NCBI RefSeq assembly: GCF_036321535.1
Contig: NC_087464.1
Coordinates: forward strand, 17,112,001-17,176,000
DNA from: Camelus dromedarius
Taxonomy: Eukaryota
Length of the DNA stretch: 64,000 bases
Direction of reading: 5' to 3'
In this document: piece by piece, positions 13,180-27,066 of the stretch
How the letters are laid out: each line of letters opens with the position of its first letter
How positions within the stretch are numbered: the first letter of the stretch is position 1
Program-made: the position numbers and the translations under genes
Notes under the pieces: generated by a model
The model's database searches: none
The model's input: only the letters and a program-made list of their open reading frames with translations
Told to the model about the DNA's origin: nothing

Positions 13180-13370
13180 ACCATGTTCCAGAACATGCTA
13201 GGTGCTTTATACTTATTGTCTCATTTAATCTTCATAATAAACCTGTGAGGAAAATACTATTATTCTCATTTTATAAATGAGGAAACAGGCACAAAAAGGT
13301 CAGGTATTTTGCTCAAGGTCATAAGATTCAGAATTAAGAATCAAGCCTAGGTCCTTCAGATTCTAAAATT
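13180..13370 (-). mobile_element. MIR
   Basis: CATTTTATAAATGAGGAAACAGGCACAAAAAGGTCAGGTATTTTGCTCAAGGTCA core. Confidence 0.75.
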
Positions 13371-13947
13371 TCTGGTATATCACCATTCAACACCAGCTCA
13401 CAGTTTATAGACAGCTTATCAGTGAAAAGATGTTCATTCACTTCTTGAACATGTCTAATTGCCTCTGGGAACTCTTCAACAAACATTTCTCAACACTCAT
13501 GTCCTGATCTAGGGACAGCTGACAACAGAGACTCAGAAGTTGCAGGAGGAAGCCAGAAAGTCAGCCCAGAATAGAGTGGGGCATTGGTTTCCAAGGGCTG
13601 GGGTTAGAATAAACCACAAGGCATTAGCAGTCTGAAGGCTACAGGCAAAGGACAATATAAGGGCCCATTAGGTGACACACATGAGCTCAGGAGGTAGCCA
13701 GATCAAAGTATGAAGAAAAGCGAAGTAAATGGCAATGAACGCCAGACTGCTTCCCGGGCCTGGATCCTGAGACAAGCCTGCACAGGCAGGTTTCCCTCGC
13801 GGCATGCCTCTTACATATCTACAAGGATGACAGTGGGTTACTAGCAGCGATGGCTAACTTGTAATGAGTGTCCTCCAGATCCAGTTTTAAATGTTTGATA
13901 TGTATTACCTTTTTGATCTTCCCAACAGGTTGTTAAGGCAGGATGTA

Positions 13948-14139
13948 CAGCTGACCCTTGAACAATATGGGTTTGAACTGCATGGGTCCACTTATATGTG
14001 GATATTTTTCAATAGCAAATACCACAGATCTACATGGTCGGTGGTTGGTTGAATCCACAGATGCCGAGAAACCACGGATCCTGAGGGCCAACTATAAATC
14101 ACATGAAGATTAACCTGAGAATTTTTCAAGGGTCAATTG
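13948..14139 (+). mobile_element. MER8-like TcMar-Tigger MITE
   Basis: TIRs CAGCTGACCCTTGAA ... TTCAAGGGTCAATTG; left flank TA; internal GGGTCCACTTATATGTGGAT. Confidence 0.85.
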
Positions 14140-15949
14140 CACTAGAACTCTTCAATTTAAGGATGAGGAAACTGAGACTCCAAAAGATTAACTTTTCCAA
14201 AGATTACATACCTAATGAGTGACATAGCTAGGATTCAAATTGCATTGGACCCAAAGCCCATGTATGTGAACACTACTGTATGCTGACGTGCCAATCCTTG
14301 TCCATGGTAGTGAGCTGAGTTGAAAGATTTATGAGGCCTCATCTGCCAAAGAACATGATGCACAGTCATAACGAAGCACCCCCACGGAGCTTTCAGACAT
14401 CAAGACAGAGATCAGGGAGCACAGAATAGAGAACAGTTGATTTTTACTGGAAGATATAAGATTTCCTAGAAAAGGTGTTATTTAAGCAAGGCTTCTAGGG
14501 AAGACCAGTGGAAAGGGTGAGAAAGAGCACAAGTTGGGGAAACTGTAAACGAAGTCAGGAAATTGTGAAAATGTATGGTGTGTGGTCTTGTGCATGTGTG
14601 TATTTGCCCTTCTTACTTCCTAGCTCACTTCACTCCAGCCTTCTCAGACAGCAAAAGCCACACAAACTTCAGAAAGTCCAAGTAGAACCTCTTTGGAAAG
14701 ACGCCCCATTCTTGCAGAGGATGTGCCCTTCTCTTTCCTCTGGTACCTGGGTTGCTGGTTGGGGAATGGGCAGACACTTTTGCTGTGAGGGATTTTTAAA
14801 TGCCCTCTTCCTTTGTCATCCCTCATTCTCTGTAAGATTGGTATTCAGATGGCAGAATGCTCACATCATTTGTGCAATGCCACTTTCCTATGGGCTCCTC
14901 CAGAAGTAGAGTGTGGAAATCTTCCAGGGCCTCTCGGGAGATCACAGGCAAACTGGGGAATTTCTAGTACCATCTGTTTGCCAGAACAGGATTATGTAGA
15001 TTACTGTGAGATTTCAAAGCTATGTAAACTATCACAGAAAAAAAAAATGGGACAGACACACACGTATGTAGCCCTGTTCCTCCCTAAGACACCAGTCAGT
15101 TAGCTAACTCATGTCCAGTCTGGTAGGAAAATGGCCAAATTCTAACCACCTCCTCACAATACAGAGATGGGTTGTCTAAACTGTAAGTAAGTACCAATCA
15201 TGTTGTTCAGTTCAGTGGAATCACTGGCAGCACCCCATGTATCAGAGTGTCTTATGTGGCAGAATTCACATGTGAAGCTTAAAGAAAGCTTAATTTCAAG
15301 CTCATGCCCTGTATTCATCTACTCATTCATACACCAACTCCCCTGAGTGACATCTCCTCCAGGAAGTCTTCCTTGATTCTCAAGATAGCCCTTCTGTGGC
15401 TCCCATATTCTTCTTTGTATTGAAACTATGTATGTCTCCCTCAACTACTCTATGTGCTCATTGAGAAAATTGTGTTTATACCTGTATCCCTGGCACCTTG
15501 GAATGGGCCTAGATGTAATAGGTATATAATAAGTGTTTACTGAATTAAATTGAATCATTTGGGGAGATACAACGTGGGGTTGGGCATGTATTTACAGACT
15601 GTGATATGCCTCTGACTCTGAAGAGGTAGGACAGGCTGTGTCCAGGTCTAGACTCCATGCTAAGGTGTTGAAATTAAATGCTTTGGGATTCCTTCAGCTG
15701 AATCCAAGTCACCTGGGTTAAGAAATGTATGTACTCTAAGTACATAAATGACAGATTCATGGCAAATTCCCTGCTCAGTAGTAAAAACAAGCTTATCACT
15801 TCAGGATCCCAAGATTTTCTCTTAAATAATCTGATGGGTGGCTAAAACAGGTGGGATCAACCTGCCATCCTGACTGCAAGGAAAGAAGCCAAACATCTGA
15901 GTACTGGGACCTCACTGAGAACAAAGAATCTAGTATCTGGGGCAGAAGG

Positions 15950-16340
15950 CAGGGTCAGACCAGGAGAAGGAAAATTGATGCCAGAGACCATGTAAGGGTC
16001 TTAAATTCTACACTACGGAGATTCAACTCTCTCCTGTAGACAATAGGAAACTACTTCAGATTATATAAGCAGGGAAGGAGTGTGATTTGACTCAATAAAG
16101 ATTTATGAAATATTTACTTTGTACTAGGTACTACTAACAAGGTCATAAAGTTGAGTTAAACATAGTTCCTGCCCTTTAGACAAGTACACAAACGACAGTA
16201 TAAGATGAAATAAAAAATGAATGAAACCCAGGATACAGAAAGGATTATAGAGACCCAAAGGAGATCCCACCTGCCTGATGGAGGAGGCCTGGAAATATTT
16301 CCTGGAGAAGGAGTGTTTTAAAGGGGTTTTAAAGGATAGG
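15950..16340 (-). mobile_element. L2 fragment
   Basis: AAGCAGGGAAGGAGTGTGATTTGAC...CATAGTTCCTGCCCTT...GGGGTTTTAAAGGATAGGTA motifs. Confidence 0.55.
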
Positions 16341-16359
16341 TACTTTATGAACATAGAAT

Positions 16360-17230
16360 TCACTAAAGAGGCAACACAACCAACAAACTTGTGAAAGTTG
16401 TTCAGCCTCCCTACTAATCAGGGAAATGCAGATTAAAGCCACAACAAGATGTTATTTCACACCCAACAGATAGGAATTTTTTTTTAATCTGAGAAAACTA
16501 AAGGTTGATGGGAAAGAATAGTAAAGGGAATATTTATACACTTCTGATGAGAATGGGAATTAGTACAACCACTCTGGAGAATAATTTGGCAATATCTAGC
16601 TAACGATTCACTCTGTGACTTGAGAATTCCACTTCTAGTTTCGTATGCCCGGAGAAACTCCTACACGTGTACACAAGGAGACGTACCAAAATGTTCATCA
16701 CAGAAATACCTGTGACAGCAAACCCAGAAATGATCTAAATGGCTATCATCAGGAAAACAGATGCATTGTGGTATAATTATATACTGAATATTAAAGCAAG
16801 GAAATTAATTAAGTACAGGTACCAACATGGATGAATCTCACAAACATAATATTGGAAGGAGGGGAGTACAGAATACTTACATTGATATCCATTCATTTGC
16901 AATTTAAACAAGTTTATACAAACCAATACTATACATTGCTTAGGGATGTATATCAATATTGCCATATAAATATATATAAAGAAAGAAAGAGCATACATAA
17001 ATAAATACAAAGGCATAGGAGTGAGAAATGCCAAATTCAGGAGAGTGGAATATGGGTTGGAGAGGGGCTATAACTGGGGAGGGGTTCACAGGAAACTTTA
17101 AGTGTATTGGTAAAATCTTTTTTTTTTTTTTTGAGAATTTTATTTCTTAAGCTGTGTAGATATGTGGTTGTTCTTTGCATTACTCTACACATTTTGTATA
17201 TCTTACATATTGAATATTTTAAAACTATAG
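16360..17230 (+). mobile_element. Old L1 (L1M) ORF2-end/3' UTR fragment
   Basis: TAATCAGGGAAATGCAGATTAAAGCCACAA...TACAACCACTCTGGAGAATAATTTGGCAATATCTAG...ATGGATGAATCTCACAAACATAAT. Confidence 0.75.
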
Positions 17231-20219
17231 TGGATATTGATTTAGTTGGAAGAATTGAGGCAGAAAGTCATTCTAGAAAGAAGAATGTACTGGAGAGGGC
17301 AGGCTACATTCAGGGAACAAAGTGTCATCATTCTGTTTGGCAGAGTAAAGGGTATTTTATGTCATAAAAACCAACTTGCATTTATATAACATCCTGTACT
17401 TTATAAATCACTTTCACATACACCAGCTCATTTAATTAACTTGAGAGACATGTATTCCCATTTTATAGATGATGAAACAGGCTCAGAAAGGTTAGATGAT
17501 ATGTTTGTAAATATTTTTGTTGGAGAAAAAAAGCTTAAAAGGATATACAATGAACAGTAGTGGTTATCTCTGGAAGGTAGGTTAATAGGTGATTTTGCTT
17601 TTCTTGTTTGCTTAATTATATTTTCTGATGTTTCTAAAATGAACATGTATAACTCATGAAGTAAAAAAGTAATATTGCAAGGAGGGGAAGGGAAGGGAGC
17701 AGGAAAAAACTGACTTCCTCTAAGTCAAATAGTCAAGTTCTTTGATTGTGATCTTATCCCTTATGTACAAAAATGACAAACAACAGAAGAAATAAAGAAG
17801 CTAACATATGAAGAAGTGTTCAACTTCACTGATAATCAAAGAAATGCAAATTAAAACAATATGTAGGAATCATGTTTATTAAATTAGCAAAACAGTTTTT
17901 CAAGGATGAGGGTGTGGTGAAACTGGTAGTCATTTATTGCTGGTAGCATTGTAAATTGATACAGTTCTCTTGGAAAATGATTTGGCAGCAAGCAACAAGA
18001 GCTGTAAAACTGTTCACACCCTGTGGAAATATTTTCCCTGAGACAAAAAAAAAAAAAGGATGTTCTCAAAAGCATTATTAATGTGGCAGGGCATCCTCCC
18101 TTCAGACAGGGGTCCTGGTTTGGCTGTTTTAGGAGGGTGGGCCTGTAATCTTCCAGACATCTATCTGCACTAACTGATAAAGGGAGGGTTTATTTTTTAA
18201 TGGAAGGAAAAATGAGAAAGTGTGAGCTTGTGATTAAGAAAGAATAGAGGGGATTGGCCTGGTGTCTGTTCAGACCCAGGCATTTGGATTGGTTTTTTGT
18301 TGTTGTTGTTGTTTGTTTTTTCCTTTCTTTTTTTCTTAGTATAACTCAATTCTATGAGATTTAAGTGGAAAAGGGCAGTCTCTGGAAGAGTATTCTGTTT
18401 TCCTATTTGCTTTTTTTTCCCTTGTGAAGTATCTTGTAAGTAAAAAGTATCTAAATAATGCATATTAATTTAAAGAATTGTAATAAAAAGAAAACCTGTG
18501 GGCTCAGCACCCAGCTTAAGAAATAGAAACTCAGCATCCTCTTCCCCATTCCAGTTAACCTCTACCCTGAATTATATGCTGATAAATCCTGTGCTTTTCA
18601 TTGCCGTTTTGTGTGTATCCTTACTGCTTAAGCAATACAGTATTTGGCTTTGCATGTTTTAATCTTTACTGTATTTTGGCCCTAGCTATAAGTATTTTCT
18701 GTGTCTTATTTTTTGTGCTCAGTATTGAGTTTGTGAGGCTTATCTGTGTTAATGCACATAACTGTAGTTTGTTCATTTTTCCTGATGTGTTCAATGGTTC
18801 CACTGTGTGAATTTATCAGTTTGGCCTGGGGTGGGCACCAAGTCTGCGTTTTAAACAAGCACCCCAGATAGAACTAATGCAGGTGGTCCCTGGCTCACAC
18901 TTTGAGAAATATTCTTAGAGGATGAGAACCAGCTCTTCTCTTTCAGTCTCCCAAATCTCTACCTCTAACTTTTAATTTCAATTAAACTGCTCGTCTCCTC
19001 TTTTCCAAAAAATATTTTCCCATTTTTTTCTTCACCTAGATAATTCCTATTCTTTCAAGTCTCTCCATTAAATTATAAACTCCTCCAACGCAAGCTTATC
19101 ATCATTATCATTGTTGTCATTGACATTTATAGAGCAGATACAATGTACCAGTTACTATGCAGTTTTCTATGTGTCATCTCATTAATCCTCACCCAACCTC
19201 ATGAAGAAGGTACTGAGCTTAACCTCATTTTACAGATAAGGAAATAAGGGTCAGAGAGAGTAAGTAACTTGCCCAAAGTTCAACAGCTCTTAAATGGGGA
19301 CCTCTTTCACTGTTTTGTCTTTATACCTCCATGGTCTAATGTAGGACTCCATGTATATATAGGAAGCACTCAGTAAATGTCTGTTGAGCTGAACTAAAGG
19401 AAAAAGTCAAAGAGAACAGATGGAAAACCATCCCTTTCGTTCAGATGATGGCAGTGGGGATGGAAAAGAGGAGCTAGAAATGAGATTTGGCACACTGGGC
19501 TATTACAGAGCTGGTATCTGGGAAGTGAGGTTGGGGGAGGCAGTGAGGAAGAGACAAGGTATTTCCATTTTTTCACTTTGGGCACTTCTGTATTTTCTGG
19601 AGAATTTTACAGAAAGCATGTGGTGCTTTTACAATTAAAAAGAGAGATAGTGTGGAGGCAGAAGCTATGTGACTTGGCACCAACAAAATACAGGAAACAA
19701 GGGGCAGAGAGGAACCTAGGCTAGAGGCAGACTGGTGGTGGGAAGCCCGATTAAAAGGGCCTAGACGTGATAGCTCTGAGAATAACTACATATTAATGGA
19801 AGTGTGACAAAAGGGGTAGGGGAAGGAATGTGACAATAGGATCTAGGAAGAATTATTGTGAAGTAGACAGAAAGTTTAATGATATTGCCTTTTTGTTCTG
19901 TATCCCCCAGTGCCTGCCATGGTACTTGGTGATGACAATCACGTATTGGAGGCTTACTATGGGCCAGACACTGTTACATCAATGCCTTCGGTTTTTTTCT
20001 CTGGAATATGACTTAACACAGCTGCCAAATCAAACTTCCTCAAATGCTGATCATGCCTCTCCTCTACTGGAAAACCAGCAGTGACACTCTATTCCCCAGA
20101 GAATAACATTCAAACTCCTCAGTTTGGCAACTAACCTTCTTGGTGTGACTCTCACTCACCTGTCCAGCTTTGTCTCACACTGCTGCTTTTCCAGCATGAG
20201 TTCCTTGCCTGTGAGTATG

Positions 20220-21010
20220 CATTCATTAATTCATCCAATGAGCATTTACTGAGCACCTACTACATGCCAGGCACTGTTTTAGGTACCAGGAAATGAATGG
20301 GAAATAGGAGAAATGGCTCCCTCCTATCATGGAGTTGACCAAAATAAATAAGTAAACAAGAAAATATCAGACAGGTGTAAGGACTTCGATGAAAATAAAA
20401 GAGGATAATGTGATAGAGAGTGACTGTTGGGGAGGAGGATTAATTTGGATGGGATAGGCAGGGAAGGTCTCTGTTAGGAGGTGAGAGTTAGGCTGAAACC
20501 TGGTTGACAAATCGGAGTCTAAGCAAAGATCTGGATGAGGAACATTCTGGGCAGAGGGCACAGTTAGTACCAAGGCTCTGAGGTGTGCATGACCTTGGTG
20601 TGATCAAGGAACAGAGAAAGCAAGTGGGCTGAAGCACAGTGAGTGAGGGGCAAGGTGATACCAGAAGAGACTGGAGGATGGGTCAAACCAAGGCAGGCCT
20701 TATAGGTCTCGTTAAAGATTTCAGTCTTTATCCTAAAGCAATGGGAAGCTACTGGTTTTAAGTATGTAAGTAGATTCAGGATTTTAGAAGATCACTTTTG
20801 CTTCAGTGAGAAGAAATTAGAGTAAAAATAAAATCTAGATCAGTTAGGAGTCCACTGCAGAAATCCAGACAAGAGATGGTGGTCATCTGGGATGAGAGAG
20901 CGGCGGTGGAGATGGAGAGGTTGACAGATGGGGTTGAGAGGAATCTGAGAGGCAAAGGTGATAGGGCTTGGTGATGATGTGGATTTTGAAGTGAGAGAGA
21001 GAAGCAGTAT
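20220..21010 (-). mobile_element. L2 long fragment
   Basis: ATTCATTAATTCATCCAATGAGCATTTACTGAGCACCTACTACATGCCAGGCACTG (L2 3' end on the minus strand) followed by L2 body. Confidence 0.8.
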
Positions 21011-22619
21011 AGAGCATGTGAAAGAAGCTAATGGCCCAGTCACAGGGTAGAAACAAGGGAACATGGAAAGTCAGTTACCTTGACTCTCACCAATACCATT
21101 TAAGTGCTCCCTGCTCATGGCTGCAGAGCTTGGTGGGGAGCAGGTGGCAGAGCCACAAAGCAAGTCACACATCGTCCCTTAAGAGTTCACAGCTTATAAG
21201 ATAGGCACACCGGTACAACATGAGAAACAAGGTGATAGAAAAAGACTCAGTTTATGTTATAAGCCAGCAACCCGTGTCTGTTAAATGCTGTTGGGAAGTC
21301 GGGAGAGGAGGGGCCGGAGCCTGGGGAGGTCTTTAGTTTGGAGACACCATGCTAACTCCGCAGGCAGCTGTGAGGTTTCCCCTCTCCTACAAGAAGCTGG
21401 AGAGGGCTGCAGAGTGGGAGGGAGAGGGAGCCAGGCTGTGGGCCACCTGCTTCATCCTCGCAGAGCAGGAAGGTGCACATGTGGAACAGCCTGCTCACGA
21501 CATGGACAGTACTGGGGTCCGTGAGAGCCCCAAATTCATAAAGCGTTAGAGACAAAGATTTTGTTTCTGACTTCACAGATAGACTGAAGCCTAGAGTGAT
21601 CAACTGACCTGTCCAAAGACAGTCGGCTGGTAAATAACCACACCAAAACTAGAGGCTGGCTCTTCTGATTCCTGATTCTGTGATGCTTCCACACCCTGCC
21701 TCCAAGATCTAGGGTCGCTCACAAACAAGGAGCCCACGTCGCATTCCTAGTCCAGTTTAGGGTTATGCCTGCTTGTGCTAATAATGCAACTTTTGTGTCC
21801 CTCCATGTCCTCTAACTGGCTCCTTCTTGTGGAACACTCTTCTAAGACATTTCACATTAATCCAGTATGAAATTCTCAGAGTGTCACTTCTGAGGAAGAT
21901 CATACTCAACGCTGAACTTTCTCATTCCACATCGTTGCCCCTGGCCATCCAAAACACTTCCACCCCTGGGAGATGGTACCCCTGGATCGCACATGAATTA
22001 CCTCTTACCTCTGCCTGCCAGGCTTTTTCCTTACCGTCTCATCTGATTTTTATAAATTATTGCTGTCATTTAACATACTGATCATATTTGATTTAGAACA
22101 ATCCTTGGGTAGATAAGATAAAGGAAGGTATACTCTCATATGACCATAAAAGTGATGTAAAACCATTCCTAGCTAATAGGAATGTAGTTTCCTCTCCTGT
22201 TTTCAGGCCTGGATCATATCAGGAAATATTAACTGACAACTGAGCAAGTTCACTCCTGATGAAGGACTCACTCAAGTACTTACTGAGCTCTTTAGCACAC
22301 TGCTTTCTGGGGAACCCAGACAAACTGGAGGGGAGTAGGCAGGAGAAGAATGATAGGGGATATTAATAAAGTTAACCTGAGATTCATGCATTTATACACG
22401 TCCTGTCAGAGCAGAGTACCTCATTGGAAGAGGGTTAGAAATCTAAGGCATGGAGGCCAAAATTTATATAGTGATATTAAAAAAATCAAAAGAGTTCTAA
22501 TCAAGTAGCTACTGTGCTATTATGCAGATCTGTACTATACAAATTGTGCCTCAGGGAAACCAAATTGTTGATTAGGGGAGTTCTCTTTATAGAAGCTTTC
22601 CAGCTAATAAAAGAAGAAA

Positions 22620-23260
22620 TGACAGCTGTATCACCACCTGTCACACCCAAGTGAAGTAAGGGCCTATGAAAGGCTGCTAACATCATAAGTAAAGAGACAA
22701 AACAACAACAAAACCACCAGGTACCTCTTGATACAAGTACATAAGAACACTATGGAGTATTCATGCTCCCCCTCAATCTGAATCTGATCTTATTTACAGA
22801 TCCAACTACCAATATTAGGACATTAGAGGATAGAGGAGTATGTTAAAGGACCCTATAGGGTACAGACCTGTGGGAGACACTTAAAGAGTAAGGTTTTTTT
22901 TCCCAACAAATGAGGTAAGAAAAGGAGAGAGAAGAGGGAGGACTTTAGATCAAGACTTGCAAGGAACATATCAACCAATCAAATGTAAAGACCTTATTTG
23001 GATTTTGGCTCAAACAAACTGAAAAACAAAAGGAGGGGGGAAAGGCGGGGGAGAGTAGAGTGCATGCTTAGTATGTACAAGGCCCTGGATTCAATTCCCA
23101 GTAACTCCTCTAGAAATAAATAAATAAACCTAAATCCACCCCCCCCAAAAGTATAACTAGGGAAACGTGAATGTTAACTGGAGTATTTGATATTTTTTAT
23201 CAAATACCTTTTAGGAGTAATAATCATATCATGGCCACGTTAGTAGAAGAGATACCTTTG
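22620..23260 (+). mobile_element. L1ME-type 3' UTR fragment interrupted by a SINE
   Basis: CTGAATCTGATC...AGAGGAGTATGTTAA...GACCTTATTTGGATTTTGG...TAATCATATCATGG motifs. Confidence 0.55.
23030..23150 (+). mobile_element. Camelid SINE (degenerate 5' end)
   Basis: GTAGAGTGCATGCTTAGTATGTACAAGGCCCTGGATTCAATTCCCAGTAACTCC...AAATAAACCTAAATCCACCCCCCCC. Confidence 0.85.
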
Positions 23261-23264
23261 AAAG

Positions 23265-23443
23265 CAGTGATTCTCAGACTTGAGCATGCATTAGAACCAC
23301 CTGGAGGGCTTATTAAACTACATGTTGCTAAGCCCCACCTCTAGAGTTTCCAGTTCAGTAACTCTGGGGTGGGGACTCTTTCTAACAGGTTCCCAGGTGA
23401 TGAAAATGCTACTGGTCAGGGCTCCCATTTTAAGAATTTACTG
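23265..23443 (-). mobile_element. MER5A
   Basis: CAGTGATTCTCAGACTTGAGCATGCATTAGAACCACCTGGAGGGCTT...CAGGTTCCCAGGTGATG. Confidence 0.85.
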
Positions 23444-25258
23444 TGCTGCTGTAACCAGATTTTTTTTTTCTGATCAATTATCTAAAGAAAGGGTTTAGTT
23501 ATCAGCTGAGTTCTATTCCCCATGAGCTACAGTAGTCAGCATTCTACGTAATGGAAGAGAACTCGTGTTCCAAGGCTGATGTATTAATTTAGTCTGTATT
23601 GACATAGGAAGGCTGAAATAAAAAACCCTCAGTTTACCACTTTTCTCTGTAGAGTGTTAAATGCCCAGCTCCCTCCTCAACCACTTACATCTGCTGTTAG
23701 TACCCCACCTTACTCCATGAGGATCAAGGACCCCAGCACAGGATCCTGTAAAGCTGCTGGGAACTTTGGGTACATCCCTCCATCATTTCCAAATTCAGAG
23801 TGGTCTAGTGGATGTAATATGGGCCCTCCAGTCCTGCGGTGTCTCAGACACTCTAACATATCCTAGAGCTGGTCTGTTCTATGCTGCTGAAGAAGAGACC
23901 AGCAGACAAATTCTGGCTCTTCTATTAACTGTGTGACTCATAATGAGTCAATTAGCATTTTAAGGCCCTAGGTTTTCAATAGGTAAAAAAATAAGTCCCT
24001 CAATATGAGAGAAAACGGGACACCTGGAGAAATACTAGCCAGAGTTCCTCAGAAAAAAGACATTAGCAACAAAACTGTAACATTAAACTTTAGAGATGTT
24101 ATACTTTATAATTTAACAACAAAGTGCTTGAGTGTGTGCATGCATGTGTGCGTGTGCAGGTGTGTATTAGATCCTCACAACAACCTTGTGAGGTAGGTAA
24201 GGTAGGGCCTGAGAGAAGGTGAAAGTCAGGCCAATTAAGTGTCAGAGCCAGGACTCAAACACCTCTTCTCATGAAGTCAGTGTCCCTTCCAACACACTGC
24301 CTTCCCTCAATTTTTTCAATTAAATATAGGACTATATTTCAATTAAATATAGTGCATAAAATGAGTGACCCTAAAAGGATCAGAGTTGCACTAACTTAAA
24401 ACTTAAGGGCCAATGACCCAGCTAATTAGAAATCAAGAGTTATTTCCTTCAGCTAAAGGCCAGAAAGAATCCCTGCAGTACCGTTTAACGTTCTCAGCAA
24501 TTTTGCTTCCACAATTTTACTGTCCTCTTCTGGGGCCCTGAGGCTTGTCCATCACAGGATACTTTCTATGCCTCAGATGGCAGCAAACTTTCAGTGACAG
24601 TACCTCATAGACTGCTGTACAAGGAGCTTCGGAAATTCTTTCAGCCTCTGAGTCACAAGACCGCAGACATCCTCTACGGTAATTCTGCCTTGTCATGGCA
24701 ATGAGACATCTGGTGACTACTGCCTGCATAGCACTGGAATAAGAGAGTATTTTCTGTTTCATTACATTTATGTGTTCACACCCCAAATCTTCTACTTCCA
24801 ATCTTATTTCTTGCAAGTTCTGGGCTTGTGAGGTTGCACTAATAAATTTCTTGGTAATAAAACTGATAAAAGCAACCAACCTTGGACTGAGTGTCTTTTA
24901 AGGGCCCAGTATTACATTAAGGGCTCTGTATTAAGATCTCAAATGTTAACCATTAATAATGATCATGTGACTACATTTATCTCATTTCAATTTTAGTAAC
25001 CAGGCTTCAATCATTAAACACATTTTTCTGTCTCAGAGTCAGTCAAAACTACTAAAAAAGGAATACCCTTTGTATTCAGAACATTATTTGGACCCTATAG
25101 GCTTATCCTCGCCAGTAAAAGCATGGAAAAAGAGGGAACAGATCGGGGCCCAACATGAGCCGCTGATGCCCAGGTTCGGGTTTTCTCTATTTGGAGAACC
25201 TAAAAGTAATAGCTGTAGAAATTTAGAAGGGAGCAGCAGACCCACTAAAGATCACTTC

Positions 25259-26499
25259 TTAGATCAAATGGGTGTTTTGATGGCATAAAAGATGTGCTTT
25301 CTGACGGAAGCTCTTGTCACATTTACTACAGTGAAAAGGTTTTTCTCCTGTATGTGTTCTCTGGTGTGTGAGAAAGTGGGAACGCTGATTGAAGGTTCTG
25401 CCACACTCAGGGCAGCAATAGGGTCTGTCTCCTAGGTGGATTCGTTGGTGGGTGATGAAGTGGGAGCTCTGATTGAAGCTCTTCCCACACTCGCCACATT
25501 TATATGGCCTTTCTCCTGTGTGGATCCGCTGGTGCTTAACGAGGGCCGAGCTGTCGGCAAATCCTTTCCCACAGCTGTCGCACTTAAAAGGCCTCTCGCC
25601 TGTGTGTGTCCTCTGGTGCGTGACCAGATGTGAGCTCTGACTGAAGCTTTTGTGGCAGTAAGGACAAGTGAACGGCCTTTCTCCTGAGTGAGTGCCCATG
25701 TGAGCTACAAAGTGAGAACTATCTCTAAAGCCCTTCCCGCACTCCGGGCATTTAAAGGGCCGTTCTCCTGTGTGGGTTCGCTGGTGCTTAATCAAATCCG
25801 AGCTCTGGCTGAAACTCTCCCCACAGTCTTGACACCTGTAAGGCTTCACTCCTGTGTGGGTCCTCTGGTGGGTGATGAAATTGGAGCTACGACTAAAGCT
25901 TTTATGACATTCGAGGCAAGTGTAGGGCTTCTCTCCTGTGTGGGTTCTTTGGTGCATTATGAGGTGTGGCTTCCGTCCAAAAGTCTTCCCGCACTCCGGG
26001 CACTCGTAGGGTCTCTCACCCGTGTGGGTTCTCTGATGTTTGATGAGTGTTGAGCTGTCGCTGAATTTTTTCTCACACCCATTACATTGGTAGGGTTTCT
26101 CTCCTGTGTGCGTTCTTCGGTGGGTGACAAGGTCTGAACTCTGCTTGAAGCCTTTCCCACACTCGATGCATTTGTAAGGCCTCTCACCAGTATGAGTTCT
26201 TAGGTGTCTTATGAGATAGGAACTCTGGTTAAAGCTTTTTCCACATTCTGTACACACAGGCTTCTTTCCTATATATCCTTCCAGGAGCTTGTTTAATTCC
26301 TTCTCCTGTGAAAAGGGCTCCTGCCGGCCCTCTCCTGGGAGGGTTCCATGCTCCCCTTCTAATTCAAGACCCCCCTCCCAGTTGTCTCCCCAACTAGGAG
26401 TATGAGAAATATCTTTATTGGCCCTTTCTGAGGATGTTCCACATGGTTCTGTTGTTTCAGGAATGTCCTGATCAAGTTTTACCACCTGATTCTTAAAGT
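25259..26499 (-). CDS. ZNF774: ZNF774 final coding exon: spacer plus 12 C2H2 zinc fingers
   Basis: Acceptor TTTTTCAG at 26500. Reads (D)[11 protein letters not shown]..., 12 fingers with TGEKP-type linkers, ends ...[11 protein letters not shown], matching recalled human ZNF774. CDS total 104+107+1241=1452 nt (483 aa). Confidence 0.96.
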
Positions 26500-26959
26500 C
26501 TGAAAAATAAACAGAAGTCACAGAGAATAAAGTTATCAGTTATCAGGAAAGATCATCAGAAAGCAGCAAGAAAGATTAAATTTAGTGTTTTTGCAACAGA
26601 CCACATTTAATTTGATTTTGTGAAAAGTTTACTGAAGATCATTGAGGTAACAGAAAACATGAATTCCAAACCCTTTTTATTTTTAGACGCTCAGATGAAT
26701 CTTGAGGTGACCTCGATGTCCTTCAAGAGTGTACTACATAGTGTCAAAATTAGGCAACACCTCTCAAAGATGTCAGAGTTTAGACAAAAGTGGAATGTTT
26801 ACTTAAAATGAGGACTTTCTTTGGTCAACTACTGAGTGCCCAAGAAGTCAAATTTAAACTTCTAATAGTAATAACGAAAGTCTAGGGCAGGATTCCAAAT
26901 TCCTCATCTAAACAAGGGCTGAAATACTGGATTTCTGCCCACTGGGTAACACATCTCAC

Positions 26960-27066
26960 CTGTGTGACTTTCCCTTAGGATCTTCCTCGCTTCAAAATTT
27001 TGGAGTGGCAGGACCCATGGCTCTTCTTTCTGCTCCAGCTGGGAGATTACACTTGGTCTAGAAATC
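26960..27066 (-). CDS. ZNF774: ZNF774 coding exon (107 nt), KRAB-B-like
   Basis: Acceptor CCTTATAG and donor G|GTGAG. Reads (G)[35 protein letters not shown], resembling the KRAB-B motif SKPDVISQLEQGEEPW. Confidence 0.95.

Noticed and set aside
21349-21549. 66-aa ORF in a GC-richer unique patch
   Set aside because: No recognisable homology or splice context; more likely regulatory or neutral sequence.
25436-26187. Antisense and alternative-frame ORFs over the zinc-finger exon
   Set aside because: Typical shadow ORFs of C2H2 repeats.
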